Below, one piece after another: positions 24,497 to 40,590 of a DNA stretch of 64,000 nt. Position numbers and translations under genes: made by a program. A model generated the notes under the pieces. It did not search any database. It saw nothing but the letters and a program-made list of their open reading frames with translations, and had not been told where the DNA came from. This DNA is from Octopus vulgaris. Its lineage: Eukaryota. Each line of letters starts with the position of its first letter. The first letter of the stretch is position 1. Location: NCBI GenBank assembly GCA_951406725.2, contig OX597822.1, positions 117,738,001-117,802,000 on the forward strand, written 5' to 3'.

Positions 24497-24742
24497 GAAG
24501 GCAGTTTATTTCACTTTGCTCCAGTTCATTCATATGTCGAGATGTGTTGCAACGACACTGTCACCAAGCTGTATCGGCCTTGGCTTTTATCTTTGGATAA
24601 CATCGGTGGCACGAAGTGGGGAGGCTTCTGTGCATGGGCGACTGCTGGTCCTCCATAAAGAACCTTGCCCGGACTTGTGCCTCGGAGGGGGAACTTTCTA
24701 GGTGCAATCCCATGATCATTCATGTGCGAAGGGAGTCTTTAC
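24497..24742 (+). mobile_element. SINE family C, 5'-truncated
   Basis: Colinear with ~57580-57790 (TTGCTCCAGTTCA, CCAAGCTGTATCG, GCATGGGCGACTGCTGGTC, GCCCGGACTTGTG, TAGGTGCAA.CCCATG). Confidence 0.85.
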
Positions 24743-25365
24743 TATATATATATATATATATACACGCCTACATACACACATTCAGCGAGAGAGAGAATCA
24801 TAGAGACGGACGAGGAGGAGGAGAGGAAGAAAGAGTAAAAACACACATACACATATGTATGTATAAATATATGTGTGCGATGTAAGAGAAAAAGAGAGGG
24901 AAAGAAAAGTGTGTGAGAGAGAGAGGTGAAGGAGTGAGTGAGAGAGAGAGAGAGAGAAAGCTAACTTCCATAATATATAATCAACAGGGAGAGCAATTTT
25001 GCTTCTATTTTTTTTTTTTTACTTTTTAATATAGTCTTATTTAATTATATTTCCAGATAACAAATATTTTCTTTTGAAAATAAGTGCTCATTTCATATTG
25101 TGTATAAGCAGCAAGAAATTTGTTAAAAGCAGATCTATTATTATTATTATTGTATTTATGCCATATTTCCTGATATTGGTTGCAAAAGCATACTTTCAAT
25201 GTTACCCGTCTTATGACGAGTAACGATACTCTCTAGTGTGAGGATAAAAATGACAAACGAACAGAGAGCTGTTGCTGTGGTGGTGGCCCTCAATGACACC
25301 GTCTTTGTCGTCATTTAAACCTCAGCCCGCTCAAGTAAGACATCGAAATAATACAAAGGCATTCT

Positions 25366-25578
25366 TAGGGTGCGAGCTGGGAGGATCGTTAGCACACCGG
25401 GCAAAATGCTTAGCGCGTTTCGTCCATCTTTGTCATGAGTTCAAATTCAGCCAAGGTTGACTTTATCTTTCATCCTTTCAGGGTCGATAAAATAAGTACC
25501 AATCGAGCGCCGGGGTCAATGTAATGGACTTAACCCTCCCCCGAAATTGCTAGCCTTGTGTCAAAATTTGGAACCGAT
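25366..25578 (+). mobile_element. SINE family A, non-Tx1 tail type
   Basis: Head and core as at 60512; tail CCCTCCCCCGAAATTGCTAGCCTTGTGTCAAAATTTGGAACC. Confidence 0.88.
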
Positions 25579-25929
25579 GTGAAAGCATTGTAATTGTGGC
25601 CACTTCGACCATCTTTTACAAGTCAAAGGCTTTCACATTACAAATGAATAAGAGTGCGTATGTCAATGCTAAGCATTACTTTAGGTCGTTATGTGATCTT
25701 TATGAGGTTAGGCAAAATTATTTCAGCTATATTTGCCGTGGATTTGTATCTACAACTGTCAATACGGATATTTTTGAACGATAAAAAAAAGCGTCCCCGA
25801 AGATAGGAGATTAAATGACAATTTGAAGATGCAATTTTCACCTGCAGTCAAAACCAGGTGTCATGTTCTATTAAAGATTTCGTTGTACGTTCAAAAGCAA
25901 TAACCCCTGCCAGTATTATAACTTGTATC

Positions 25930-26135
25930 TAAGCCGTCGAGCTGTCAGAATCATTAGAACAATGAACAAAATGCTTAGAGACATTTCATCCGTCTTTACG
26001 TTCTGAGTTCAAATTCAACCGCGGTCGATTCTGCCTTTCATCTTTTCGAGATCAATTAAAATAAATACCAGTCAAGTAATCGAATTACCCCTCCCTGAAA
26101 TTGCTGGTCTTGATCCAAAATTTGAAACCACTACT
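25930..26135 (+). mobile_element. SINE family A, non-Tx1 tail type
   Basis: GAGTTCAAATTC, GCCTTTCATC, tail CCCTCCCTGAAATTGCTGGTCTTGATCCAAAATTTGAAACC. Confidence 0.85.
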
Positions 26136-27768
26136 ATAATTTGTTTGTTTTTTGTTTTCCTTTTCTAAGTGATGTATTAATTTCACGGACAATTGATATC
26201 CTTGGTAATGATTCGTTCTTTGTGTATAATCAAATTGTGAAAATGTTTAATTTGCACAACTTTACAAGTGAAATAGACTTTATTGCTTATCCTTTTGTTT
26301 TACATTAAAACGCATATTTTGTCCAATGATAAAGTACCGCAACGTACTTATGTATTCAGAAACGAGATGAAATAGTTTAATGAGAGAGCGAAAACCATTA
26401 TTAATAATTAGTGAGTGGAACTCAATAAGTATATCTCACTGATATACTTTAGTCAACCAAACAATAACAAACTTTACAAATCAATACAGGATTTACAAAA
26501 AAACTTACTTATTTCGATGAGCATGACAGATGCTTTTTCTAAAAATCTGCTTTTATGGAAAAGATTCTATTTAGAAGTGAAATACAGCATGTGTCCGTGT
26601 TTTTCGTAACGCGAATGCATTTGACCAAGCAGAAGTATTACGGAACGTAACGTGTGAGTATCTCAGGCTCAACACCTACTTGCTCGTTATTATTCTCTTT
26701 CTCTTCAACGGGAAGCTGCATTCATTATTTGTGGATTCCTACGATAAAACTAATCTCACCGCTGCAGAACAAGACCACTTACTGATATACCCTGCGACGA
26801 CATTTTATTGATATCAAAATGTGCTGGGCTATTGATTGGCGCCTGTTGGATACCGATACAAAAGAACCGTGTCAGAGATGGCAGTGAAAGCTTTCTAAAA
26901 GCGTTACTATCTTTTTGCAACATATATTTGTGTGAGTTGACGCTCTTGTCATTAACTGACATCAAAACGAAGACATTGTCAATGAAAGCGTAACCACATG
27001 TCGCTTTGCTAAATATTCAACCACGACTAAATGATGAAATTTATGAATTGTAGCAAAGTCTCATTAGTTTAGTGACAGATATTTAATGAATGATTCTGTG
27101 TATACATGCACTGCTTATTTACGGAATGTAATTTAAATTTCTATATTAATATGACTTATTAGGGCATTTGTAAATAAGCTATCGGAGGTTTAGCTACATT
27201 TATATATATCCTGTGCGTAATACATAATAAAAACGGCTGGGAACTGCAATTTTACATCACCGAATAAAATTTGTGTGTTACTCCAAAATAAACTCTTAAA
27301 GAGAATTCCAATTATATTCCATATTGATTTAGGTTATGGGAATGTTTTGAACCTAAAATTGTTTTCAAATAACGTTGATAGTTTCTTAGCAACTTCTATT
27401 TGATGAAGAAAAAGTCGGTTTAATGCTTTCTCACGTATTAGTGTCACGGATGTATATACTTCAGTGAATTACTGGCTTCTAAGGTACAATCGATGGCATA
27501 TTTAGTGTGGAGATATGGCTAAAGTTGCAGGCATCTGAGGGATAGTTGTATACACCCATCCAGTATATTATTGTACTTACTTTATTGAAATTTGGTTGAG
27601 TTGAAGACCAGTACGACCGGGTGTAATGGTTAGGTTTGATGATTAGATGAATGTCACTGTTTTAACTAATGACCGATATAACTATATATAGCTATATCTG
27701 AGGAGCATTGAAGGGGAAGTGTGAGCTTGACTCAGTTGGGATTGAGATGAACGATAAACCAAAATAAT

Positions 27769-28371
27769 GCTGCCAACAAAGCGCGCGGAATTCTGTTTTT
27801 GATTCGACGGTCATTCGGAATGCTCACAGCAGCCATATTCCTGCCACTCTATGTCACGCTGGTGAGACCCATATTGGAGTATGGGATTCAAGCCTCTTCT
27901 CTTATCTCCTCAAAGACATACAGCACCTCGAAAGAGTCCAGAGGCTGGCTACCCGCATGGTTCATGGTCTCAAAAATTTGTCCTACGAAGAAAGGCTGAG
28001 GACGCTCGACCTTTATTCTCTTGAAAAACGCCGCCGCCGTGGTGATCTCATTCTCGCCCACAACATCATAAGCGGAAAGTGTAACCTCTCGAAAGAGCTG
28101 TTCTTCACTCCTGCTCCGGAACGTCGGCTGCGGGGTCATTCCGAAAAGCTCTACCTGCGACGATTTCATCTCAATCGAAGGAGAGGAGCTTTCTCCGTCC
28201 GGGTTGCGGATCCGTGGAACAAGCTGCCAGGCGAGATGGTGAAGATGCCGACGACCGCTTTGTTCAAAGCCTCCCTGGACCTCAAGTGGCCTGAAGTCTT
28301 TACATGAACACCACCCTGTACTTAACTCCATGGCCCCCTACATGGCCTTGCTATTTGCTTTTGAGCCAAAT

Positions 28372-28403
<32 letters not shown>
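27769..28403 (+). mobile_element. CR1-clade LINE 3' fragment with (AACT)n tail
   Basis: LYVTLVRPILEYG..ERVQRLATRMV.GLKNLSYEERL..LYSLEKRRRRGDLI..RGH..FSVRV..WNKLP; one frameshift; (AACT)n tail. Confidence 0.9.
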
Positions 28404-29624
28404 ATATATAATATACGATGTAGGTCACAGCTCCATCGTCGGTGTTTCGCTTCTTGCTGCGGTGCTGTGAAATGTCTACGATCGAAACAATTTACACACA
28501 ATAATGCAATTAATTTCTTACAAATAATTACCACATTGTAAATCAGGCTCAACACTGTAACGATCATTAAGAATATGTAGAACTGATGAGTACAATGTTA
28601 CCCTGTTATTCACACATTTCACTGAGAAGTTTGAGAGATTGAATAAATGTGTATGGCGACCGAGAGAAGAGTAGAATGATGTTTAAGAATTGGCTCTTGG
28701 TCTGAGAGAGAGGGGAAAGAGAGAGAAAAGGAGAGGGAGAAAGAGAGAGAGAAGTGTTTTTCAATTGATGAGATATTTTCCTTTATCCATGATAAAGAAC
28801 CCGTTCCGAAACGTCATGTTTCTCTTCTCCTTGCGGACATACAAGCTTACCGTTACACGTAAACTACACTGTATATAGGGCAACACAGTTTAGTCTGTTT
28901 CCTCAGAGCCTGGTTATTTTAAAACACATATATTGATATTAACTCTGCCATGTCAACATAAATTATGACCTTACAACGATGGCTTGACACGCCACCATAA
29001 TGTGCAAACCGATTTTCCTTTCAAACCAACGGCAGGTATTTCATTAGGGATCCTAGTTTCCCGTCGACTATCAAAGGAATTAATTTAATCGTTTGAACAT
29101 CGTATCTATGACATCTATGATGATTTCCATCTCATTCACTTAGCATGAAAAACAAAAAATAAAAAGCAACAAAAAAACTGAATGTAAAATATGCCTCTCT
29201 AATAGTTTCTGAGATCCTGAACAAATTTACATTCAATATCCAGCATGATGTGTTGGTGCATGCATCAAACATTACACGTGAAGTATAAACCATTGACGTC
29301 AGAATAATATTGGAGATGGTTATTTAATGAGAGTGAGGGCTGTGCTTCTGTAAGCATTCCTTCTTAGTTTGTAGTTGTGTCTTCCTGTCATAGAGGTGCT
29401 GAAACCGGGTATGCTAGTGTGATGCAGATCGATATTTTCTAATGTGTCTATATGTCAAATATTGTAGAGAAATAGTGAAATTTTTATCGATCCTATTGCA
29501 GGTATTGCTTGTCAATAAAGCATTTTATAGAGTAGTGTTCTAAATATTTAGATGAATAGACAGGTAAATAAGAGGTAGTATATACATACAGACATACATA
29601 ACTGAACCTATCTGCCTACCTTTA

Positions 29625-29830
<206 letters not shown>

Positions 29831-30011
29831 TTACATATGCATCTTTCTATTTGTCTTTCTCGGGTGCCTCTATATAGCGCTCTGTCTTTCTGTCTTTCAC
29901 CATATCTATCTCACCTACTTTCTCTCTCTGCACGCGCATACACACACACACATACATACATATGTGTGTGTGTGTATGCATATACATACGCGTGTATATA
30001 TATACATACGC

Positions 30012-30064
<53 letters not shown>

Positions 30065-30414
30065 TTTGATTCATATCTATGTGAGTGAGAGAGAGGAAAA
30101 AGTAACAAAGAAAGTGTGTGTGTGTGTTTGTGTTTGTGTGAAAGAGAGTAAGAAGACAATGAGAGAAAGCGAGAGAGATAGGCAGCTAGTTTCTTTGTTG
30201 TATGTACTAATCAGTTTAGCTGTATAGCCCATAGTGACATGGATGGTTGTTACATTGTTCAAAGGTATATACGGTTGTTTGATGTTTCATAAGCGTTTAT
30301 CTATTATTCATGATACCACTCTTATCTCACCCACCCTTCCCTCAAACATCATGTTATTCTCTTTCTATCTCTCGCCATTTGAATATACATACATACATAT
30401 TTACGTATACAAAC

Positions 30415-30447
<33 letters not shown>

Positions 30448-30459
30448 AATATATGTATA

Positions 30460-30559
30460 NNNNNNNNNNNNNNNNNNNNNNNNNNNNNNNNNNNNNNNNN
30501 NNNNNNNNNNNNNNNNNNNNNNNNNNNNNNNNNNNNNNNNNNNNNNNNNNNNNNNNNNN
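30460..30559. other. Assembly gap (100 N, probably a placeholder of unknown size)
   Basis: Run of exactly 100 N between TA-rich repeats. Confidence 0.98.
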
Positions 30560-31697
30560 TATAAATATATGAATATATATTATATATATCTGTATATTAT
30601 ACATATATAATATTGTTATATAAAGCATGTATATTCATATTGATACATACAAACACATACATATCATTCATCATATATATTATATAAGGTATATATCATT
30701 GGGTCTGTGTATGCGTGCGTGCGAACGCGCACATATGTCTATATATAAAATCGATAAAGTATCGAACGGTCAATCACGTACCTATATACGTTTATACCAT
30801 CCGTTCGACAAATATTAGTCCCTTACGCACATACATTACATACACGCGTACACACTAAACGAGCGCTCTCTCTCTCTCTGTCTCTTGCTTTCTTTCTCTC
30901 TCTCACTGTCTCTCTCTCTCTCTCTGTATATATATATATATATATATACACATACATATATATGTGTATACATGTATATCTGTATATGTATGTATATGTG
31001 TAAGCGTGTATGCAGGCACACTTCGACAGCCGTACGAGTAGACGGGGGATGCAACATTACGTGTACTCCAGGTGTGATGCGAATTCAGGTGAGGGATATA
31101 AGTCCTTCAGGTATAGCCAGTGACATTAATGTATTACAAGTAAACATTTGAAGAGGTAAATCTCCTTACTAACTCAATTGCCATACACTTTCACGTATGG
31201 TTGTGTCTGTCTGTAGATAAATACCAATATACCTATAGATGCCATTTCATATACGCGTATACAAATACACACATACACACACGTTTAATCATTATACACA
31301 CATACATGTATACATGTATACATGTATACATATGAATATATAAATGTATTTATGTATGTCTTTATATACCCACCCACACACAGAAAGACATACATACATA
31401 CATGCATACATACGTGTGTGTGTGTGTACGTGTGTGTCCGTGTTATGTGTGTGTGTATTTGTGTGTGTTCATACGTGTACTTAAAAATGTGTGTTCATTC
31501 ATTTGTGTATATAAGTCACGAAAGAAATTATCCAGAAAAACAATTGGACAGGTTGTTTTATGATGAAATTAAGAGAAGCTGTCGGATAGACACCTGCCTA
31601 TGTATGTGCATGTATACGTGTGGATTAATATATTTGTGTGTATTTATGTATGTTTGTATGGACGTATGTATGTATGAATATACATATATATATATAC

Positions 31698-31749
<52 letters not shown>

Positions 31750-32083
31750 TACATATGTATGTACTGCTTGTATGCATATCTAAAGGTATTTATTTACCTG
31801 CTGATTATTGTTCTTGTGATTATTATTGTTATTATTGTTGTTGTTGTTGTTTAAAGCAGCTCGACGAATTGAAATATATATTAGTGTAAATAAACCATAG
31901 AAATGCAGTCGTTGTACCATCCACATCGACGCTAGCACGGCATGGCAAGACTGCTGCTGCCGTTTCTGCAGCTACAACAGGAACGCTACCAACTTCTGTT
32001 TTGGTAAGATGACGAACCAAATTTAGCAAAATTTATAAATACATTCTAACAGGTGTGTCTAAATATGTATGTATGCCAGTACA

Positions 32084-32117
<34 letters not shown>

Positions 32118-32177
32118 TGTATATCTGCGATTATGTCAGATGTTACTGTGTTTGTAACTATGTACGTTTGAGTCTGT

Positions 32178-32210
<33 letters not shown>

Positions 32211-34012
32211 TGTGTGTGTTTGTGTCGTTGTTCCAGTCTATTTTTAGTGCATCTCATTCTAACATAGAACGTCTCGTTCGCCTTAATTAAATTTCTTTCG
32301 TTTTATAATTATTCGTCCTGTCTTTCTTGTACCTCACATTTACTTTCAAATGGTTGGTGTTCGTGTGTGTGTGTGTATGTCTCTGTGCATGTGTGCGTGC
32401 GTGTACGTGTGTGTATGTGTGTGTGTGTATGTATGTATGTGTATTTCTGTATGTGTGAGATTCTGATTTACATCTTAAGTTCTTTAAAACGTTTTTTTTT
32501 TATATATGTATATATATATTTATGAATTCAGATATTTGTTTCTCTTGTTGTTATTGATGCTTTTTTCTCCCTCTCCCTTATCCTCTCTCCCTCTATCCCC
32601 TTCTCTCTCTCTCTCTCTCTCTGGCACGGTTTTTGCAACTAGTTTTGATTCAACACAGTCCGATAGTTGCTTGTTAGTTAAGTAGCACAGATTTTTGCAC
32701 CAGCAGTTTTCCCTCTTTGCTCCACCACCGTCAAACCAAACCAAACCACCACCAGCACCACCAATAGAGGCGCCGACATTAATCTGCCAACGTTTACTCA
32801 AAGCCACTAGTATATACTATAGTATAATAAAACCAGGCTCGACGGCAGCACCAGTTTTCCATCTGTTTCTATTTATTTATTTATTTATTGTCAGAGATGG
32901 TGCTTCATAGACATAAGAAATGGTTTGATGGTTTACAAATGACAAAAATTAAATATAAAAGAGTGAACAATAACATATAACGAAAGAAAGAAGTGCTGAA
33001 GAATTGGAACAATAATAATAAAAAAATAATAATAATAACAATAATAATAAAAATACAACAGTGAAAAACAAATAAGAAAAGATTTATAACTGCCCCTCCT
33101 TGCCGATGGATTGGAAAAAATTTGGTCAGTTATTGGTGTCATTAAACACTTTCGTCTCCAGCGATAGTTAATACATCAATGATAACAATAAGCATTACGA
33201 TGATGATGAGGACGATGATGATGATGATGGCGATAATTCTATTTAATGGACAAAGATATTAGATTGAAAGCTAAAAGAAAAAAATAAGAAAAGGAAAAGG
33301 AAAATAAGAAAGTGAGAGAAAAGGAGAAAAATATACAAACAAAAATTATCCAACAATTACAGGATGGTTCCAATGGTTCCGATGTCTCAGTTACGTGAAA
33401 AATTCAAACCTTCTTTAAATTAAATTTTCTTCATCCTTCTCTATCCTCCTCTTCTTGCTCACTTAATTTTTCTACCGCGCTTTTGTTGTGTTTCCGCATC
33501 ACTATCTCTGTCTTTCGTTGCATTACCTGTCCTTGTCTCAGCCCCGCATCGCACATCGCACACTGCCACACAGACTCCCCCGCATACACTTGTACACCAA
33601 CACAAATACATTCGACTTAATAATAGCTTTCTTTCCTTGCCAGCCGCTTTCATTATACATACATACATACATACATACATACATACATGTGTAGATGTTT
33701 TGTTTTAATTATTAGTATGATGCTAACGTCTGTTTGTTAATAATAATTATATGATTATTATTAGTAGTAGCATTATAAATAGTGATAATAATTTGAATAA
33801 ACCTTAAACAATTCTTTTCTCTCTTTATCCCTTTTCCCCCTCCCCTCCCCCCTCACCCACTCACTCATCCGTGCACACACCTCATTTCTAATTAAACTTT
33901 CAATCACTAATTAATATTTCTCATTTAATTGTTTTGAAATTCGAACACATATACATACACATATACATACATTCATACATACATACAAACATACAAGTAT
34001 CTCCATATAACT

Positions 34013-34443
<431 letters not shown>

Positions 34444-34931
34444 ACATTCATCCACACACACACAAACACATATTTGATGGTTTGTATGTTCGCTTGAGTG
34501 TTTAACTTTCGTTTTTGTCCTTTTTTTATGGCTTTTTAGCTTTAGATTTTTTGTTTTCTGGTTTTACATTCATAAACATAACACTAACGTTGTTGTCTTG
34601 AGGATATTGCTTAGCTATCAAGGTTTGTAATTCGTAAGAATTACTACCGACATACGCATACGCTGGCACACGTAAACACACAAGCGCACAGACAAACAAG
34701 CGCATACACAACATATATTTATATCTATTTAAGAGCTGCCTGCTAATGTTTTAGGTGAAATAGAGTTGTGGGTTAATGTTTGTCCATTGTCATTAACAAC
34801 AAAACTTACACACACAACACATTCATACACACATTGTCGGCACGAGACAGTGATAAGTACAGTCTTTTAACAAACCAAACCTGTCAGACTGCAGTAATAA
34901 TCATTAACAATAATGAGTACAGATGGAAGTA

Positions 34932-34973
<42 letters not shown>

Positions 34974-35327
34974 TATAATAATAATAATAGTCGTAGTAGT
35001 AGCAGTAGTAGCAAAATCATCCGATCTCTATTATAAGTTTGCTATAAGTAGTTGAATCTTCAATAGCTTGTATACATGCATGTCAATATGAACGTGTGTA
35101 TGGAGAGACGACGGAGCGAAGGAGAGGAAGAAGAGAAGAGAGCGAGGGCGAGGAGGAGAGACTGAGGAGAGAAAGGTGCCGCGGTGTTTATAATGGTGTG
35201 TGTGCGTAACTGGAAGCATGTGCAATAAGAAGGTGTAAGTGTTATATATATTTTACTTTTATTTATTATTATTTTTTTCCTGAACAAGACCGACATAGGT
35301 GTGTAGTCAATTCATCAACGTTTATAT

Positions 35328-35384
<57 letters not shown>

Positions 35385-35966
35385 TAGATAGACAGACAGA
35401 TAGATCGTTAGATAGACACAATAACGTGTGTTTTTTTTTTTAATTCTAAGCGGTGTTCTATATAACAACAACAATTGTACTGCATAATAAATCCCACTCC
35501 ACCACGCTCATCTTCCACCATAGCATGGCAAAAACCACAAGGATGGCTGTGTATTTCATGTAAGTTATTCACTGTCTGCTTGCTTTCTCTGTCGTTTTCC
35601 TTCTTTCCTTCCTTCCTTCCTTCTTTCCTTCATTCTTTCATTCATTCATTCCTTTCCTTCTTATAAGCATCACTGTGAACTAATGCGTTCATCATCATTA
35701 TTATTATCATCGTCCTCATCATCATCATCATCGTCGTCGTCGTGGTCATTGTCGTCATCCCCCTCCTCCTCCTCCTCCTCATCATCATCATCATCATCAC
35801 CATCGTCATTTTTATTCCCCTGATCGAAACAGTTATTATAATCATTGCTGGATTGTCACAGTGGATAGACGCACACACAAGCAGGCACACACACACACAC
35901 TCACATAACACACATACACATACATATACACGATTGACGTATGCACATACACGCACGCATACATAG

Positions 35967-36012
<46 letters not shown>

Positions 36013-36150
36013 TCGCAGCGTATTTATAAGATTTCACTAAATAAAGAGCCTCTCACTATTTCTCTCAGTAAGTGATTTTAGATTGGTGAGAAGCACTGAC
36101 TACTGCACAGCAAGAACAACAGCAGCAACAACGACAATAATAATAATAAT

Positions 36151-36187
<37 letters not shown>

Positions 36188-36249
36188 GCAAAAGCAATAA
36201 TAGCAATGATGCTCACAATGAAACCTATTGGCGTGCAGAGGCTCTCAAT

Positions 36250-36288
<39 letters not shown>

Positions 36289-37742
36289 GAGCGTTACGAG
36301 AGAGAGTGTGAGGTGTTAGTATTAAAGTTTGTCACACTACTCTGAGTATTGACTGAAGCTGTTCTCTAATAATAAAAGACGTCTCTGCAAAAGAATCGAG
36401 TTGTGTAGATTCTTGTTTTTTTTTCTTTTTTTTTACACGTTGGTTCTTATTTGATTTCCACCATCTTCCGAAAGTCATTTAACTTTAGGAACTGAATATG
36501 TATTAACGGAAAAAGAAATTTTACTTTTTCTTCCCATCTTCTCCTCATAGTATCATAATATTCTACAGATCCTTATTCCTTTTTCGAACTTAACAGGTAC
36601 ATGTTACGAAGCAAGTGACCTTATATTTCTTGTTAGATTTAATACACATTTGCAGTTTTGTTTTGCATGATAAAATATCATAAATATTGTTGCTGCTATT
36701 TTTATCCTCATCATTATTATTCTTAACGTTATTTTATATTCATTCTCTATCGCATCTTAAATCGATTTCAAGCACTGAGTGTGCTTTTTTCCAAAAGCTA
36801 GCCACAAGATTGTAAAGCAAGGAAAAAAGACAAAGTTATTTTTTTTTTTTAAGGAAGAATTTTATTTCCGAAACAGATATAAATGTGAAATAAAATTAAA
36901 AATAAACTGTAAATGTATTACTTTCGGATATAAACGTTTTTCATTTGAAATGGTTCACTTTTTTCCATGATGGCCTTACAGAATCCTACGCACAGTAAAA
37001 GTTTTCCCTTTTAACACTTGAACAATTTTTAAAAAAAATTTCATTGTCATACATGTTTACTAATGATGTTTTGCCCTTATCCAAAGACAACATTTTATTA
37101 ATCGAAACCAGGAACAATTTATCATAAGATTCACTTTCATAGCGATCATATTTCTTCACGTTATTATTTCCCTAAATCAGAAAAAAACACTGTTTCTCGA
37201 ACGTTATCTTCTTTCTCGTTCTTTGAGTTTCACGTTTCCTTGTACCCACCTCATTGCAATATCACATACTTCCTCTCACGAAATAAATACTATTGCCTTA
37301 TTCGTTCTGTACCCAGAAGGGAAGCGATGGTTTATTTCTCAATTGCGGGTTTCGTCACGTTCGTTAAGATTTATCTGAAATAATAATAATAATAATAATA
37401 ATAATATAAATAACAACAAATTAGTCAATTACCAACAATCTGTCTAATAATGCCATTTTGATAGAGGAGCCGGCAGCTTTGAGTTTGATGATAAATGTAG
37501 TTGTAGTTAATATATTTATTCACCTCTATGTTGGGGGGGGATAAAGTGATATTCTGCTCACCGTCAAGGTAACCATTCCTTTCTATCTTCATCCATTCCT
37601 TCTTACCATTATTTATTTATTTGTCTATTTATTCCACTTTTTGCACCTTTTCACTTTCATTTCCTACACACATTCCCCCCCCCTATCTCTTCTTAATTAA
37701 ACATCATTCAACTTGTCTGACAAATAAACAAATAAACAAATA

Positions 37743-37778
<36 letters not shown>

Positions 37779-39444
37779 GGGAACAAAAAAATACAATACA
37801 GGGGATGTCAAAAACATCCAAACAAAACGAAAGAAGAGAAACTGACACAAACAGGCCTGATAGCATTATATAAAAAACACACTTGTATAATTTTAATGAA
37901 GGGTTGCGCAATTATAGAACCCGAAAGCGTAACTGCCTTGATGATGAAGTATTAGTGACAATTGGCATGATAAATCTGCCCGCAGCTGAATGTTAGCGAA
38001 TATTATTACTTTTATAAATCAGTCTTGCATTGAAACACTCTCTCCTCTTTTCCATGTTCCCTGATACACACACACACATAAAAACACATACACACACACA
38101 CACACATAAACGCACACACATAAACGCACACGCACTTATATATATATATATACATTCGTTTCTGCTCTTCCAATTGCGGTATTCTGAAACTGTGTTTGGT
38201 TGTGATTAACATGTGTGAAGAAAATCTTGGAATATATCTATTTATACATGCTTCTTTTTTATTCGCAAAGATTTATCGTGGAGACGGATCAAACAGTGAA
38301 CCCAAAACGGACTACTTTACATAAGAACTGGATACCGATTTTAAAGGAAGTGTAAATGGTGAAACTTCATATATCTTTTGGTAAAAAAATGGATGGAGAA
38401 TTAATAGGAATATCACAGGCAAGCTTATTTTTTACACCAATGCGGACTGAAGCACTATTAGCTTGTCTACATGTCTATACTTATCAATAAGGATAACAAT
38501 GAAAACATGGCCTTTGTCATCGTTATAGACGTTAAAGATTATTTATATATTCCAAAATGGATATTAAATACAATATGAGTTACAAGATACTCGAAAAAAA
38601 TATGTATTTGAAATAAAACCGCAAACAATGTAAGTTTCTAACTCTTGAAAAACGATGATAATATATTAGTATTATTGCTCAGCAGGTTCTGCCACGTCAC
38701 AAAACCAATGATGGTCAATAAATAAATAAATAAATAAAAAGGTAAAGAAAGAAAGAAAGAAAAATTCGACCCTGCACTGTATCAGTGTACTTACCACATC
38801 TTTTCAAAAATGTATAATTTTCGCCCACCTTAGCCACAGATGGGACTTGCTGAAATATTGGTGAAGTAAATATATGTACAAAATATATAACTTCATTTGC
38901 CTTGGCGAGGATCTGTGTTTCATAATTGGATTTTACGGGAAACTGTGATGAAACTCCTGAAGCGGCCTCTACAGCGAGATGTTCATTTATGAAAAGATTT
39001 ACGTAAAAGTGCATCACCTGTTTCAGTAAATGTTCTCGTACAAAATACTTTACATTTATATACTTACCTTTATTGCCATATACTGATATACACACTTTAC
39101 AAATGTGATTGAGTTTTAATTTCTTCGTTTTAGTTTCGTAAACAATCAATAAAACAAACGAATAAAACATAAAAACATATGGTCATATATATACATATGC
39201 ATTGACAGTTACATAAACACACTCGTATTCACACTTACATATATACACAGACACATACATACAGATGTATACATACACTAGTACAAACACACACTCGTGC
39301 AAATAACCACCTGCATATTAAGAAACATAAACGTATACACACACACACACACACATGCACTTAGACATACACATGCACACATTCACACACACAATCTTTA
39401 CTATTATCATTTGGATCCTGCAAGGAAATACGCGATAAACTTGC

Positions 39445-39483
<39 letters not shown>

Positions 39484-40176
39484 ATGTAATCAAAGCAAGG
39501 AACGGAAAATTATTAAAGTAAAACATTAAAAGTTGAAGAACTGTTAATCGATCGAAAGACAAATATGAGGATAATAATGGTAATAATGCTCAACCTGGAA
39601 TAAATTTCCCGCCCCGTCCCTTCTGTGCTACTTCCCGCTCTTCGATGGACGTATAAGTGGAAAAGGGAGATCACTGCGTTACACTGTCTTCGCCTAACCA
39701 CATAAGTAAGTTCTTTCGAAATATCTAATTTGTCTACAGTTCTAATATTGTTTCTTTATTGCTGTATAAAAATGTATATTAAAGAAAACTATAAACGAAC
39801 CCAACCATACATCCAGTAGTTTACTTAACATTATTCTTTCTATTTCATTCCTTACCATTATTTGTTAAAAATACCCACATATAACTTTCAGACTTCCATA
39901 ATTAGTTTTAATCATTTAAAAGTTGCTGTTTATTCTGCAAAGTTGTTCAGAACGGTAATTATTCTGCTCTACAAAAGAGTAAAACGTTTGATACAACCAT
40001 TCAGTACCTTATTTCTATTCTGAGAAACACAAACGAGAATGAGATCTTTGTCAACCTTAGGACAGCGCTTGCGGACCTTTTTGGGCCTTACTTATCGGAA
40101 GTCTAATTTCTTTACTAATCCCGTCGTAATTGTGGTCTCTATAACATCCATTCATGTATTTTATATTATTTATATA

Positions 40177-40274
40177 CAGGGTGTCTATAAAGCCCGTGTG
40201 CGATTTAAAATATTTGTAGCTTTGTAACTGTACATGACAGAACTAAATTGCACAACGACTTTATAGACACTCTG
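40177..40274. mobile_element. 98-bp Tc1/mariner-type MITE
   Basis: ~31-bp imperfect TIRs CAGGGTGTCTATAAAG.. / ..CTTTATAGACACTCTG flanked by TA. Confidence 0.85.
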
Positions 40275-40280
40275 TATTAA

Positions 40281-40590
40281 GCCCTTCGCTCCCTATAAAG
40301 CATTGGCCCTTAACGTCATTTCTCCATTGTCCCCAACTCTAGGCCGTCCTTTCCTTGGTCTTATTGGTTTTAAATTGCTATCGATGCTTCTGTAACTTAG
40401 CCCTTTTTTTTCTAGGTAGGGTTATTGGCTGCCCTACACAAATCAGTTTTTACGTCTAGGAAGAAGTGGTCCATTTCAGTCTGGCCTATATCCTTTGGCC
40501 TGTTCAGCATTTGAGGCTCTACCAAGAGCTTGTGCTCCGCTATCAGAGTCACTGAGACACGTAAGCTACTACATCGCAACAATGACTGAA
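40281..40590 (-). mobile_element. Decayed non-autonomous RTE-like element (5'UTR-like part joined to a 3' end)
   Basis: Minus strand GTAGCTTACGTGTCTCAGTGACTCTGATAGC..CTCTTGGTAGAGCC..ACAGGCCAAAGG..GGCCAGACTGAA resembles RTE 5' regions from memory; 3' part ..GGCCAATGCT..GGGAGCGAAGGG. Confidence 0.5.

Noticed and set aside
38715-39170. 151-aa minus-strand ORF containing an acceptor/donor-like pair near 38790-38850
   Set aside because: No recognisable domain and a low-complexity end; cannot be supported as an exon without RNA data.
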